Shown: positions 1-8,118, counted from the stretch's first letter. The stretch is 13,511 bases of DNA from Nanobdellati archaeon (GCA_019429125.1 JAHYJO010000024.1:1-13511); one strand, 5' to 3'. Program-made: numbers and translations. The notes: a model not told the origin generated them from the sequence alone.

Positions 1-321
1 TTTCGTTTGACTTCTAATATAAAAGAACTTAGTACTAATAATCCCTTTTTTGGATCATTACAAATAAGGGTTATTAATCCTGAAACAGGGACATATGTTT
101 CAATTACAAAGACCTATAATGCTTGGTTCGGTGAAACTATAATAGATAATGGTAATGTAAATTCTCTTTTTGGGAGTAAACCATTGATGGTTATGCTTGC
201 TAAACAATATTATCTTGAAGTTATAACGTCTGATGATTTGTTTTTCAGCAAGGCAAATTGTGATTTAGGACTTGCAAATTGTGACACTCATTTTGTGGAG
301 TTTAGGCAATATTATGAATAA
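1..321 (+). CDS. 5'-truncated CDS: C-terminal ~106 aa of a paralog of the downstream Gly-rich secreted protein
   Basis: The frame is open from base 1 (FRLTSNIKEL...FRQYYE*). It matches the C-terminus of 594..2441 at all but 4 aa. The TTG start at 7 is a window-edge artefact, as it is an internal Leu in the paralog. Confidence 0.85.
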   Translation, partial: FRLTSNIKELSTNNPFFGSLQIRVINPETGTYVSITKTYNAWFGETIIDNGNVNSLFGSKPLMVMLAKQYYLEVITSDDLFFSKANCDLGLANCDTHFVEFRQYYE

Positions 322-327
322 GGATTT
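1..327 (+). repeat. Direct repeat copy 1 (paired with 2121..2447)
   Basis: Ungapped alignment at offset 2120 gives 13 mismatches in 327 nt. The first 128 nt are identical, and identity continues 6 nt past the stop codon (TAAGGATTT). Confidence 0.97.
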
Positions 328-593
328 TTGTCAGAATTGATACAAAATAGATTATTATCTGTGGATTCTTTCAGAGACCATTCAGTTAAGGGAATCCCCT
401 TTAAAGCTATTTATTTTTTTATGAATACCTAATTTGACTTATCAACAGTTAACTTTATATACTCTAACTTCGAATGGCTCATGGTAAAAGCGATAACATT
501 AGAGTATTCAGCTGGAGTTTATGTAAAATAGACATTAGCAGAATAAGCTCCTTTTAAGTTCTTTTTTTATTTAGTTAATAATATATAGTATTT

Positions 594-2441
594 ATGTTAA
601 ATAGTATTATGGTATTTGTTTTTATTAAAAAAAATAGGTTTGTATTTTGTACTTTATTTGGTTTGTTATGTTTTTTTGGGGTTGCGAACGCAACTGATTT
701 GAATATAACAACTTTTCAAAACATAACAGATAATTGTACTTATGTTTCTGGGATTTACACATATAATTGTTCTGTTGATGCAAGTGGTAATGTTTGGGAT
801 AATATTTACGTTGTAAATAATATTGAGTTACCTAAGGATCATGGGACATATGATGCGGATAGTGCGAATATTATATTTCAAGCAAATAATGAGTTTAAAA
901 GTTTTGGTAGTATTGGTGCAAGTGGTACTATATACGGTTGTGCTGAAAATGGTGCCGGGGGTTCTGGGGGTTCAATAACTATAATTGCTAATAATATTAC
1001 TCTTACAACTTTGAGTGCTGTTGGAGTCCAGTGTCAGGGTTTTGGTAAATGTTCTTATTGTCGGGGGGGGGGTTCGGGAGGCATAATAACTTTAAATGGT
1101 ATTGATATTGTAGTATCTGGAAATTTAAATATTTATGGCGGTGGCGCTCAAGGTAGATCTGGAGGAAATGGAGGTACATTACGGGTAATTGCGGATACAT
1201 TTGAGGGGCAGGTAATAAATGCATATGGATCGGCTGGGTCCGATAGTGGTGGTTCAGGAGGCAGAATAGAATTATATGCTAAAGATATTAATATAAAAAC
1301 AATTAATGCTTATGGTGCTGTGGGTTATAATTCCGGTGGTGGTTCTGGTGGTTCATTAATAATAGAATCTGAAAATACGACAATTAATGGAAATTTAGGT
1401 TTTTATGGTAATTATGGTGATTATCCCGGCGGTTCTGGTGGGAGTATTATTATAAATACACAATATTTAGATTTAAATGGTATGGTTAACTTAAATGGTA
1501 ATTATGCATATGATCGTTATGGTCATGGTGGTTCTGGTGGGAGTATTTTAGTTATTGCTTACGAAATAAAAAAGATTGGTAATATTTCAGCAAGTGGTTC
1601 TTATTCTAGGGTAGCAGGTCATGGTGGTTCTGGTGGTGTGATTAAGTTAATTACTGAAAATGATTTAGTGTTACCTTCAATAACTGCAGTTGGTGGAAAT
1701 GGTGGTGGTGGCGTTTATAGAGATGATATAGTTGCGGGTAATGGTGGTTCTGGTGGATTGGTGTTAGTTACGGCAGATAAGTTGAATATAACTAATCCAA
1801 TAAATACTAATGGTGGTTCTGGTGGTGGTGGAAGTTATCATGGTGGTCGTGGTGGGAATGCTAGAAGTGTTATATTATATTTTAATGATATCAATTATAG
1901 TGGTTATTTAATTTCATCTAGAGGTGGTGCTGCAGGTCGTGCTGTATCTCCATATTTATCAGTTTATTGGGGTGCACCGGGTAACGGTGGAAATATTTAT
2001 TTATTTAGTGATTTAAATACAAATGTTAGTGATTATGTGTTAAATGTATCTGGTGGTTCTGGATCATATTCCGGTACTCCTGGTAATAAAGCAGTATCTA
2101 AACGCACTGTTCCTACAGGGTTTCGTTTGACTTCTAATATAAAAGAACTTAGTACTAATAATCCCTTTTTTGGATCATTACAAATAAGGGTTATTAATCC
2201 TGAAACAGGGACATATGTTTCAATTACAAAGACCTATAATGCTTGGTTTGGTGAAACTATAATAGATAATGGTGATGTAAATTCTCTTTTTGGAAGTAAA
2301 CCGTTGATGTTTATGCTTGCTAAAAAATATTATCTTGAGGTTACAACTTCTGATGATTTGTTTTTCAGTAAAGCTAATTGTGATTTAGGACTTGCAAATT
2401 GTGATACTCATTTTGTGGAGTTTAGGCAATATTATGAATAA
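594..2441 (+). CDS. Secreted glycine-rich repeat (GGxGG / beta-solenoid-like) surface protein with a conserved C-terminal domain; start may be ATG 609
   Basis: Signal-peptide-like N-terminus (KKNR-FVFCTLFGLLCFFGVANA/TD). About 11 repeats of GG[SN]GG-x-I-x-I-...-I-x-A-x-G of roughly 30 aa each. Many N-x-S/T sequons. No C-terminal transmembrane helix. TATA-like AATATATA near 580-587 fits ATG 609. Confidence 0.8.
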   Translation: MLNSIMVFVFIKKNRFVFCTLFGLLCFFGVANATDLNITTFQNITDNCTYVSGIYTYNCSVDASGNVWDNIYVVNNIELPKDHGTYDADSANIIFQANNEFKSFGSIGASGTIYGCAENGAGGSGGSITIIANNITLTTLSAVGVQCQGFGKCSYCRGGGSGGIITLNGIDIVVSGNLNIYGGGAQGRSGGNGGTLRVIADTFEGQVINAYGSAGSDSGGSGGRIELYAKDINIKTINAYGAVGYNSGGGSGGSLIIESENTTINGNLGFYGNYGDYPGGSGGSIIINTQYLDLNGMVNLNGNYAYDRYGHGGSGGSILVIAYEIKKIGNISASGSYSRVAGHGGSGGVIKLITENDLVLPSITAVGGNGGGGVYRDDIVAGNGGSGGLVLVTADKLNITNPINTNGGSGGGGSYHGGRGGNARSVILYFNDINYSGYLISSRGGAAGRAVSPYLSVYWGAPGNGGNIYLFSDLNTNVSDYVLNVSGGSGSYSGTPGNKAVSKRTVPTGFRLTSNIKELSTNNPFFGSLQIRVINPETGTYVSITKTYNAWFGETIIDNGDVNSLFGSKPLMFMLAKKYYLEVTTSDDLFFSKANCDLGLANCDTHFVEFRQYYE

Positions 2442-2447
2442 GGATTT
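2121..2447 (+). repeat. Direct repeat copy 2 (paired with 1..327)
   Basis: About 96% identical (314/327) to 1..327; encodes the last ~106 aa of 594..2441. Confidence 0.97.
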
Positions 2448-2455
2448 AGATTTTT

Positions 2456-4807
2456 ATGAATAAAAAATATTTTTTGATTGTTGTAGGATTGTTTTTAGTT
2501 CTATTTAGTGCAAGTGTTTATGCAGAGTCATATACTTGTACTGATACTGATGGTGGTAAGATTTATGGAGTTGCAGGGACAGTAACATTCACAAATCTCG
2601 ATTCCGGTATTTCTGCGCCTTTTGTTGATGAATGTGATTTGTTTAATCCGAACCTTCTTCTAGAAAATTATTGTATTAGTCCGACAGGGATGTATGCTAC
2701 TGAAATTTATACATGCCCTTATGGGTGTAATGCAGGTCAATGTAATCCTGCACCTATTAAGTGTCAATATTATGATTATGATTTTAGTCCTCCTGCTGGA
2801 CCTGTAAGTGGTTGTGGTAGTGGGTTTACTTGTTGTCTTGATACTTGTATTGCATGTGGTAGTGGTAAAACTGTATGTTGTTCTTTAGACGGTAAAGATG
2901 CTTCTTGTTATGATCCATCTGCCGGTGAGTTGTGTCTTGAAGATGGTTCTATAAGAAAGATTAATTGTGATGATTTATCTGATCCTAATTATTGTGATGG
3001 TTATTGTGATTTTTGTTCTGACGGTGTTAAAAATTGTGATGAGACTTGTGTTGATGGTGGCGGTTCTTGTGTGACCCAAAATGCAGAAACATTTATCCAA
3101 TATATCCCTGTGTTTGAGATTGGAAACATTTATCCTATGAGTAGTAATACGGCTTATATATCTAGTCTTTCTATGGTGTTTAGTAATTCTGTATTCTGTT
3201 ATGATAATATTGATAATGATAATGATTGTTATGTTGATAGTGCGGATACTGATTGTCCGTCTACACCACCGCCTGGTATATGTATAGATGCTGATGGTGA
3301 TGGTTATGGTGTTGGAAGTTTCTGTTTGGGTACTGATTGTGATGATACAGATAGTAATATTTGGGTGAATTGTGATACAACTCCTCCTGAAGTAAATATT
3401 GTGATAAATAATGATGCTATATATACGAACAATTTAACAGTAATATTGAATCTTACCTATTATGATGATGAGTCAGGGGTTGCATCTAACGGATGTATGT
3501 TTTCAAATGATGGCGTATTTGATACTGAATCATGGGAAGCTTGTAGTGAAACAAAATTGTGGAATCTTATCGGATTGGATGGTACAAAAACAGTTTATGT
3601 GCAAGTAAAAGATAATGATGGTAATGTAAATAGTACTGAGTCTGATTCAATAATTCTTGATACACTTGTTCCTACTATTGTTGTAGAATCTCCATTAAAT
3701 TCACCTTATATCTATGATACTCAATGGATAATGTTTAATGTTACTGCAAATGATACCATGAGTGGGGTTGTTCAGTGTGAGTTCAGTATCAATAATACGC
3801 CAAATAAAACACTGGTCAATGATTTTGGTGATCATTATCACTTTTTTAATAAAAGTGTGTATGTAGGAACTTATGAGGTTATATATTATTGTAATGATTC
3901 TGCAGGTAATATGGGCAGTGTTGTTGTTAATTTAGATGTGCAATATGATTGTATGCTTAATGAGGATTTAGATCCTGAATGTAGAACTGTAAAATATTGT
4001 TATCTGAATGAATGGATAACTGATTCGGATAATTCTACTGCTGCTTGTTGTTGTATTTCAAGTGGTTATTGGGATGATGTTAGTCTTTGCTGTGATTCCT
4101 CAGATGATTGGTTAACTTCTTCTGGTGATGGTGTATGTACTACTGGAGTTATCCGCGGTGAATATTTTGGACCAACATGTAGTTTACCATTTTTGCCTGA
4201 AGTAGAAAAGGTATTTGTATGTAATGAAATTGACGTCAATGGGACAAAGGTGTGGTGGAATGGGAGTGATTGGACAATAATGGCACCACAATATTGTGGT
4301 TGTACTCAAAATTCTGATTGTGATAGTTTAAATAATGAATTATGTATGGATAATATTTGTCTGATTGCGAATGCACCTGTAATTTTTATTGAGAACATAA
4401 ATACAATTCATATGGGAGATACGATTGAATTTATTATTGAAATAACAAATAATATGAATGTATCTGATAATGTTGAATTGACTTTGTCTGGAATCATATC
4501 TAATTGGGTATGGTTTAAAGGAAAACAAAATATGAAACCACATAATATGGTTGTTACTGTTCCACCTCGATCAAGTAAAAAAGTTATAGTTAATGTATTT
4601 GGTGGAAAATTAGGTGTGTACACTCTAAATGTATATGCTGAATCACTTTTGACATTAATGGACAAAACGGCAGATGCCTCAATTAGAATTATTAGTGTGG
4701 AACAGTTACCTGGTGCAAAAAAAGTAAATACTCCTGATATGTCTGGAATAAGTTTTGTTTTGGTGCTACTATTTGGATTAGTGACAATGTATTTCCGAAA
4801 ACCATAA
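2456..4807 (+). CDS. Cys/Asp-rich multidomain cell-surface glycoprotein with Ig-like domains and a C-terminal membrane anchor
   Basis: Signal peptide MNKKYFLIVVGLFLVLFSASVYA. Modules include CTDTDGG...CPYGCNAGQC, CSDGVKNCDETCVDGGGSC, CYDNIDNDNDCYVDSADTDC and CIDADGDGYG...DCDDTD (putative metal/Ca-binding). DTTPP- and DTLVP-initiated segments look Ig-like. The protein ends in a hydrophobic helix plus RKP. It starts 14 nt after the previous stop, so it is probably co-transcribed. Confidence 0.8.
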   Translation: MNKKYFLIVVGLFLVLFSASVYAESYTCTDTDGGKIYGVAGTVTFTNLDSGISAPFVDECDLFNPNLLLENYCISPTGMYATEIYTCPYGCNAGQCNPAPIKCQYYDYDFSPPAGPVSGCGSGFTCCLDTCIACGSGKTVCCSLDGKDASCYDPSAGELCLEDGSIRKINCDDLSDPNYCDGYCDFCSDGVKNCDETCVDGGGSCVTQNAETFIQYIPVFEIGNIYPMSSNTAYISSLSMVFSNSVFCYDNIDNDNDCYVDSADTDCPSTPPPGICIDADGDGYGVGSFCLGTDCDDTDSNIWVNCDTTPPEVNIVINNDAIYTNNLTVILNLTYYDDESGVASNGCMFSNDGVFDTESWEACSETKLWNLIGLDGTKTVYVQVKDNDGNVNSTESDSIILDTLVPTIVVESPLNSPYIYDTQWIMFNVTANDTMSGVVQCEFSINNTPNKTLVNDFGDHYHFFNKSVYVGTYEVIYYCNDSAGNMGSVVVNLDVQYDCMLNEDLDPECRTVKYCYLNEWITDSDNSTAACCCISSGYWDDVSLCCDSSDDWLTSSGDGVCTTGVIRGEYFGPTCSLPFLPEVEKVFVCNEIDVNGTKVWWNGSDWTIMAPQYCGCTQNSDCDSLNNELCMDNICLIANAPVIFIENINTIHMGDTIEFIIEITNNMNVSDNVELTLSGIISNWVWFKGKQNMKPHNMVVTVPPRSSKKVIVNVFGGKLGVYTLNVYAESLLTLMDKTADASIRIISVEQLPGAKKVNTPDMSGISFVLVLLFGLVTMYFRKP

Positions 4808-4899
4808 GGGTTGTGTTATTTTTTGATATATAATTGTTATAATTTGTAATCTGAAATAATTTATGGTTATTAATGGTAATGATTATGTACCACCGTATA

Positions 4900-4913
4900 G
4901 AAACATATATAAA
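4900..4913 (+). promoter_or_regulatory. Putative archaeal BRE/TATA box for the TrmB-family gene
   Basis: GAAACATATATAAA about 55 nt upstream of ATG 4968, and a GTGAT Shine-Dalgarno-like motif at 4958-4962. The AT-rich context limits certainty. Confidence 0.4.
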
Positions 4914-4967
4914 TTATAGAGTTTAGTATAATATTAACATTTAATTATTTTATGTGAGTGATTAATT

Positions 4968-5777
4968 ATGATAAGTTCAGAAACGCTTGATGCATTGAAA
5001 AATATTGGTCTAAACCTTTACGAAAGGAAGCTGTATTCAGCTCTTATTGCAAGGGGTACTTCAAACGTTGGTGAGCTTTCAGAGCTTGCATCGGTTCCAA
5101 GGTCAAGGGCATATGATGTCCTTGAAAGTCTTTCTGAGAAAGGATTTGTAATAATAAAACATGCAAAGCCTATGCAGTATGTTGCGGTTGATCCAGTTGT
5201 TGCAATTGATAAATCAAAGACTATTTTAAAAGATAGTTTTGATAGGACTATTACTCGTATGAATACATTTTCAACAAGTAATTTCATGAACGAATTATCA
5301 GAGCTTTATACTGGCGGACTTTCATTGGTTAATCCTTCTGAACTTTCTGGTTCTTTTAAAGGTAATTATTCTATGAACCTGCATTCCAATACTTTGATTA
5401 AAGGTGCTGGAAAGAGTATTGATATAATCACTACGGCATCGGGAGTTAAGAAACTTTGGGATGTACATTCTAATCTTTTTAAGAAAGCAAATAAGAACGG
5501 AATAAATATAAGGATTGCAGCACCTATGAATTCTGATAATTCAAATGAGATAAAGGCACTTTCAGAGATTGCTGAAATTCGTGACCTTAAGTCTTCAGAG
5601 CATAAACTTCCTGTAGGTAGGATGATGGTTGTTGATGGTAAACAGGTTCTTTTTGGTCTGACTGACGATTCCAAGACTCATGAGAGTCAAGATACTGCCT
5701 TTTGGAGCGCAAGTGATCATTTCAGTGAACATTTTGCGCAGAATGTCTTTGAGATGGTCTGGAAACATATTAAATGA
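4968..5777 (+). CDS. trmB: TrmB-family transcriptional regulator
   Basis: N-terminal winged HTH signature LKNIGLNLYERKLYSAL...ELSELASVPRSRAYDVLESLSEKGFV...KPMQYVAV, followed by a C-terminal effector-domain-like region (IKGAGKSIDI...GINIRI...RMMVVDGKQVLF). Confidence 0.9.
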   Translation: MISSETLDALKNIGLNLYERKLYSALIARGTSNVGELSELASVPRSRAYDVLESLSEKGFVIIKHAKPMQYVAVDPVVAIDKSKTILKDSFDRTITRMNTFSTSNFMNELSELYTGGLSLVNPSELSGSFKGNYSMNLHSNTLIKGAGKSIDIITTASGVKKLWDVHSNLFKKANKNGINIRIAAPMNSDNSNEIKALSEIAEIRDLKSSEHKLPVGRMMVVDGKQVLFGLTDDSKTHESQDTAFWSASDHFSEHFAQNVFEMVWKHIK

Positions 5778-5827
5778 TTTTTTTATTGATATTTTTTTCT
5801 TTATTTTTTCTTTAAAATTTAAAGATA

Positions 5828-7420
5828 ATGTTCTATATTAAATTTATGTCTCTTAAGCATGATGATGAAATTAAAGCTGGTGCCAGAAAGATAGTAGATG
5901 ATATACTTTCTGGTAAGATTAAAGATAAGGTCGCGCTCAGGAAAGCCAAAATAAAGCTTTCAAGAGAGTCTAGTCTTTCAGGAATAATAAGTAATTCTAA
6001 GATATATGAGTATGCAACGGAGGCTGAGAGAAAAGATGTAGGTATTCTTGTGCGCAAGCCGGTACGTACAATTTCTGGTGTCGCTGTTGTTGCTGTCATG
6101 TGCAGGCCTGGTAAGTGTCCTGGTAATTGCATATACTGTCCTGATTTTAATGGTGCACCGCGCAGTTATACTGGTAAAGAACCGGCTGCTATGCGCGCCG
6201 AACGGATGGGTCACGACCCATTTAAGCAAGTTGAACATCGCCTTTTTCAGTTAGGTGAAATTGGCCACAAGACGTCTAAAGTAGAATTAATTATTATGGG
6301 TGGGACGTTTCCTTCTGAGGACTGGGAATATCAGCAAGAGTTTGTAAAGCGATGCTTTGATGCGATGAACGGTTCTTGTTCTTTGGACCTAAAATCTGCG
6401 CAAGTTCTTAATGAGACTTCAGAACACAGGTGTGTCGGGATGACTATTGAGACTAGACCTGACTTTTCTAAGCGCGAGCAGATTGATAGGTTTTTAAAGC
6501 TTGGCGCCACTCGTGTTGAGCTTGGTGTCCAGACAACTTCTGATGACATATACAAAAAGGTCAATCGTGGGCATACAGTCAAAGATGTGATTGAATCTAC
6601 AAGGCAACTTAAAGATGCAGGATATAAAGTGTGTTATCATTATATGCCTGGGCTTTTGGTTGGTGCTGAGGATGATTTTAAGCTGTTTTCAGAGCTTTTT
6701 ATTAATCCTGATTTCAGGCCAGATATGCTTAAAATATATCCTACATTGATAATTAAAGGTACTAAACTGCATGATATGTGGGAAAAAGGGGTGTATGAGC
6801 CTTATGATAATAATGAGGCTGTATCTGTCATTGCGCGCATGAAATCAGTCGTACCGTCTTATGTTCGGATTATGCGGGTGCAAAGAGATATACCTGCATA
6901 TAATATTGAGTCGGGTTCTAGTTGGGGTAATCTTCGTGAGGTTGTTGCTAAAAAATGTGAGGAGTTAGGCATCAGATGTAAATGCATTAGGTGTCGTGAG
7001 GCGGGGCACAGTCTGTACAAGAAAAATATCAGGTCTGTAAAACTTGAGATGTTTATTGATAAATATGAGGCATCAGGCGGTGTTGAATTTTTTATTTCTA
7101 AAGAGGATAAGACAATTGGTGTTCTTGAGGGTTATCTTAGGATGCGCTATCCTTCGGAGTCTTTTAGGGCTGAGATTGATAAAGATACAGCTATTGTGCG
7201 GGAACTGAAAGTTGTTGGGGCTGTTGTTCCTGTGGGCGAGAAAGGTACTTCAATTCAGCATAAAGGTCTGGGTGGTGAATTGATGGTACGGGCTGAAGAG
7301 ATTGCTAAAGGTGATAAGAAGAACAAGATGGTTGTCATATCTGCAGTAGGCACAAGAAAGTATTATGAAAAGTTGGGGTATGCGCTTGAAGGACCCTATA
7401 TGAGCAAGGTTTTATCTTAA
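5828..7420 (+). CDS. elp3: Elp3 tRNA uridine(34) acetyltransferase (radical SAM + KAT); start may be ATG 5846
   Basis: RKPVRTISGVAVVAVM, CPGNCIYC (4Fe-4S), PRSYTGKEPA, MGGTF, ETRPD, TRVELGVQ, PDMLKIYPTL, RVQRDIP, CKCIRCRE, QHKGLG and GTRKYYEKLGY are Elp3 family motifs. Confidence 0.96.
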   Translation: MFYIKFMSLKHDDEIKAGARKIVDDILSGKIKDKVALRKAKIKLSRESSLSGIISNSKIYEYATEAERKDVGILVRKPVRTISGVAVVAVMCRPGKCPGNCIYCPDFNGAPRSYTGKEPAAMRAERMGHDPFKQVEHRLFQLGEIGHKTSKVELIIMGGTFPSEDWEYQQEFVKRCFDAMNGSCSLDLKSAQVLNETSEHRCVGMTIETRPDFSKREQIDRFLKLGATRVELGVQTTSDDIYKKVNRGHTVKDVIESTRQLKDAGYKVCYHYMPGLLVGAEDDFKLFSELFINPDFRPDMLKIYPTLIIKGTKLHDMWEKGVYEPYDNNEAVSVIARMKSVVPSYVRIMRVQRDIPAYNIESGSSWGNLREVVAKKCEELGIRCKCIRCREAGHSLYKKNIRSVKLEMFIDKYEASGGVEFFISKEDKTIGVLEGYLRMRYPSESFRAEIDKDTAIVRELKVVGAVVPVGEKGTSIQHKGLGGELMVRAEEIAKGDKKNKMVVISAVGTRKYYEKLGYALEGPYMSKVLS

Positions 7421-7596
7421 GCCTAAGTTTGACAGTTTAATGTCTATTTCATTCTGAAAACCTATTTGACAGTTGGCAATTATTGAGCATTTTTGCTTGA
7501 TTAAATCATATAATTTCTTGATTTTTTACTAAAATAGACTCATTTTGAAATAAAAATAAGACTAAATGTCTCTTTTTTTTATAAATTTTGTAAATT

Positions 7597-7626
7597 TTAG
7601 CCCAAATGTCAAATTCATTTGGCTAA
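7597..7626. other. Stem-loop TTAGCCCAAATG-TCAAATT-CATTTGGCTAA followed by a T-run
   Basis: 11-bp stem with one bulge, 7-nt loop, then TTTTT. Possibly a terminator or a structural motif of element A. Confidence 0.45.
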
Positions 7627-7642
7627 TTTTTGTGAATTTTTT

Positions 7643-7901
7643 GTACTTGTTTAGCAAAAAAATAATCAATATGCTCCGGCCGTTATGGTGTGATTCTCAA
7701 TAAGTTATAATTGTTACAAAATCAATAGCTAACGCTTAAAAATGTGTTGGTAAAAAATCTTAAAAATTATTTAATCGTATTCTTATAAAATCGATAGCTT
7801 GCACCCAATTTAAAAAAGTGTAAATATAATTATTTCAAAAAAGAGTAGTTATCTCTTAAAAAATCAAAATTAAGCAAGACAAAAATTAGCTAAACAAATA
7901 C
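7643..7901. mobile_element. MITE B copy 1 (259 bp), 8-bp TSD AATTTTTT, IS66-like termini
   Basis: TIRs GTACTTGTTTAGC (7643-7655) and GCTAAACAAATAC (7889-7901) match at 12/13. AATTTTTT lies at 7635-7642 and 7902-7909. A second copy starts at exactly the same base at 13380 with an unrelated flank. Confidence 0.9.
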
Positions 7902-7970
7902 AATTTTTTTAATTTTTTGTCTAAATTAAATCTGAATTTCAATATAAATCAAACCATATAACTTATTTTA

Positions 7971-8079
7971 ATTTTGGTATATAAACTGTCAAATAAAGTA
8001 TTAAAAAATGAGTGAAAAAACAGAATAAACACAATCAATTGGTATATTAATACCTGTCAAATACAGTATTTAAAAAACG
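7971..8079 (+). repeat. Imperfect ~40-bp direct repeat in the right arm of element A
   Basis: TTGGTATATAAACTGTCAAATAAAGTATTAAAAAA (about 7974-8008) versus TTGGTATATTAATACCTGTCAAATACAGTATTTAAAAAA (about 8039-8077). Confidence 0.75.
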
Positions 8080-8118
8080 TTAAAAAAATAAAAAAGGTCA
8101 GAAATGTCAAAGTTGGGC

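Larger units (their letters stand above)
7422..8117. mobile_element. MITE-like element A (696 bp; 429 bp without nested element B and its TSD), TSD CTTAAG
   Basis: Left end CCTAAGTTTGACAGTT (7422-7437) matches the reverse complement of the right end, CCCAACTTTGACATTT (8102-8117), at 13/16. CTTAAG flanks both sides (7416-7421, 8118-8123). Six TGTCAAA/TTTGACA motifs lie inside. No ORF of 60 aa or more. Confidence 0.75.

Noticed and set aside
474-557. 27-aa small ORF MAHGKSDNIRVFSWSLCKIDISRISSF after TTTATA (454-459)
   Set aside because: Too short, no recognisable motif, and the TATA-ATG spacing is tight; it cannot be told from chance.
386-557. Possible element bounded by TTAAGGGA...TCCTTTTAA in the first intergenic region
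   Set aside because: The inverted match is weak, there is no second copy and no convincing TSD.
1-2447. Diversity-generating retroelement TR/VR pair for the 327-bp repeat
   Set aside because: The 13 mismatches are not adenine-specific in either copy or strand and are mostly synonymous. Both copies are coding, and no reverse transcriptase is in the window.
7421-8118. CRISPR array or canonical archaeal replication origin
   Set aside because: No regularly spaced identical repeats, no cas genes, no ORB (TCCA...GAAAC with G-string) and no cdc6/orc1. TIR and TSD structure explains the region better.
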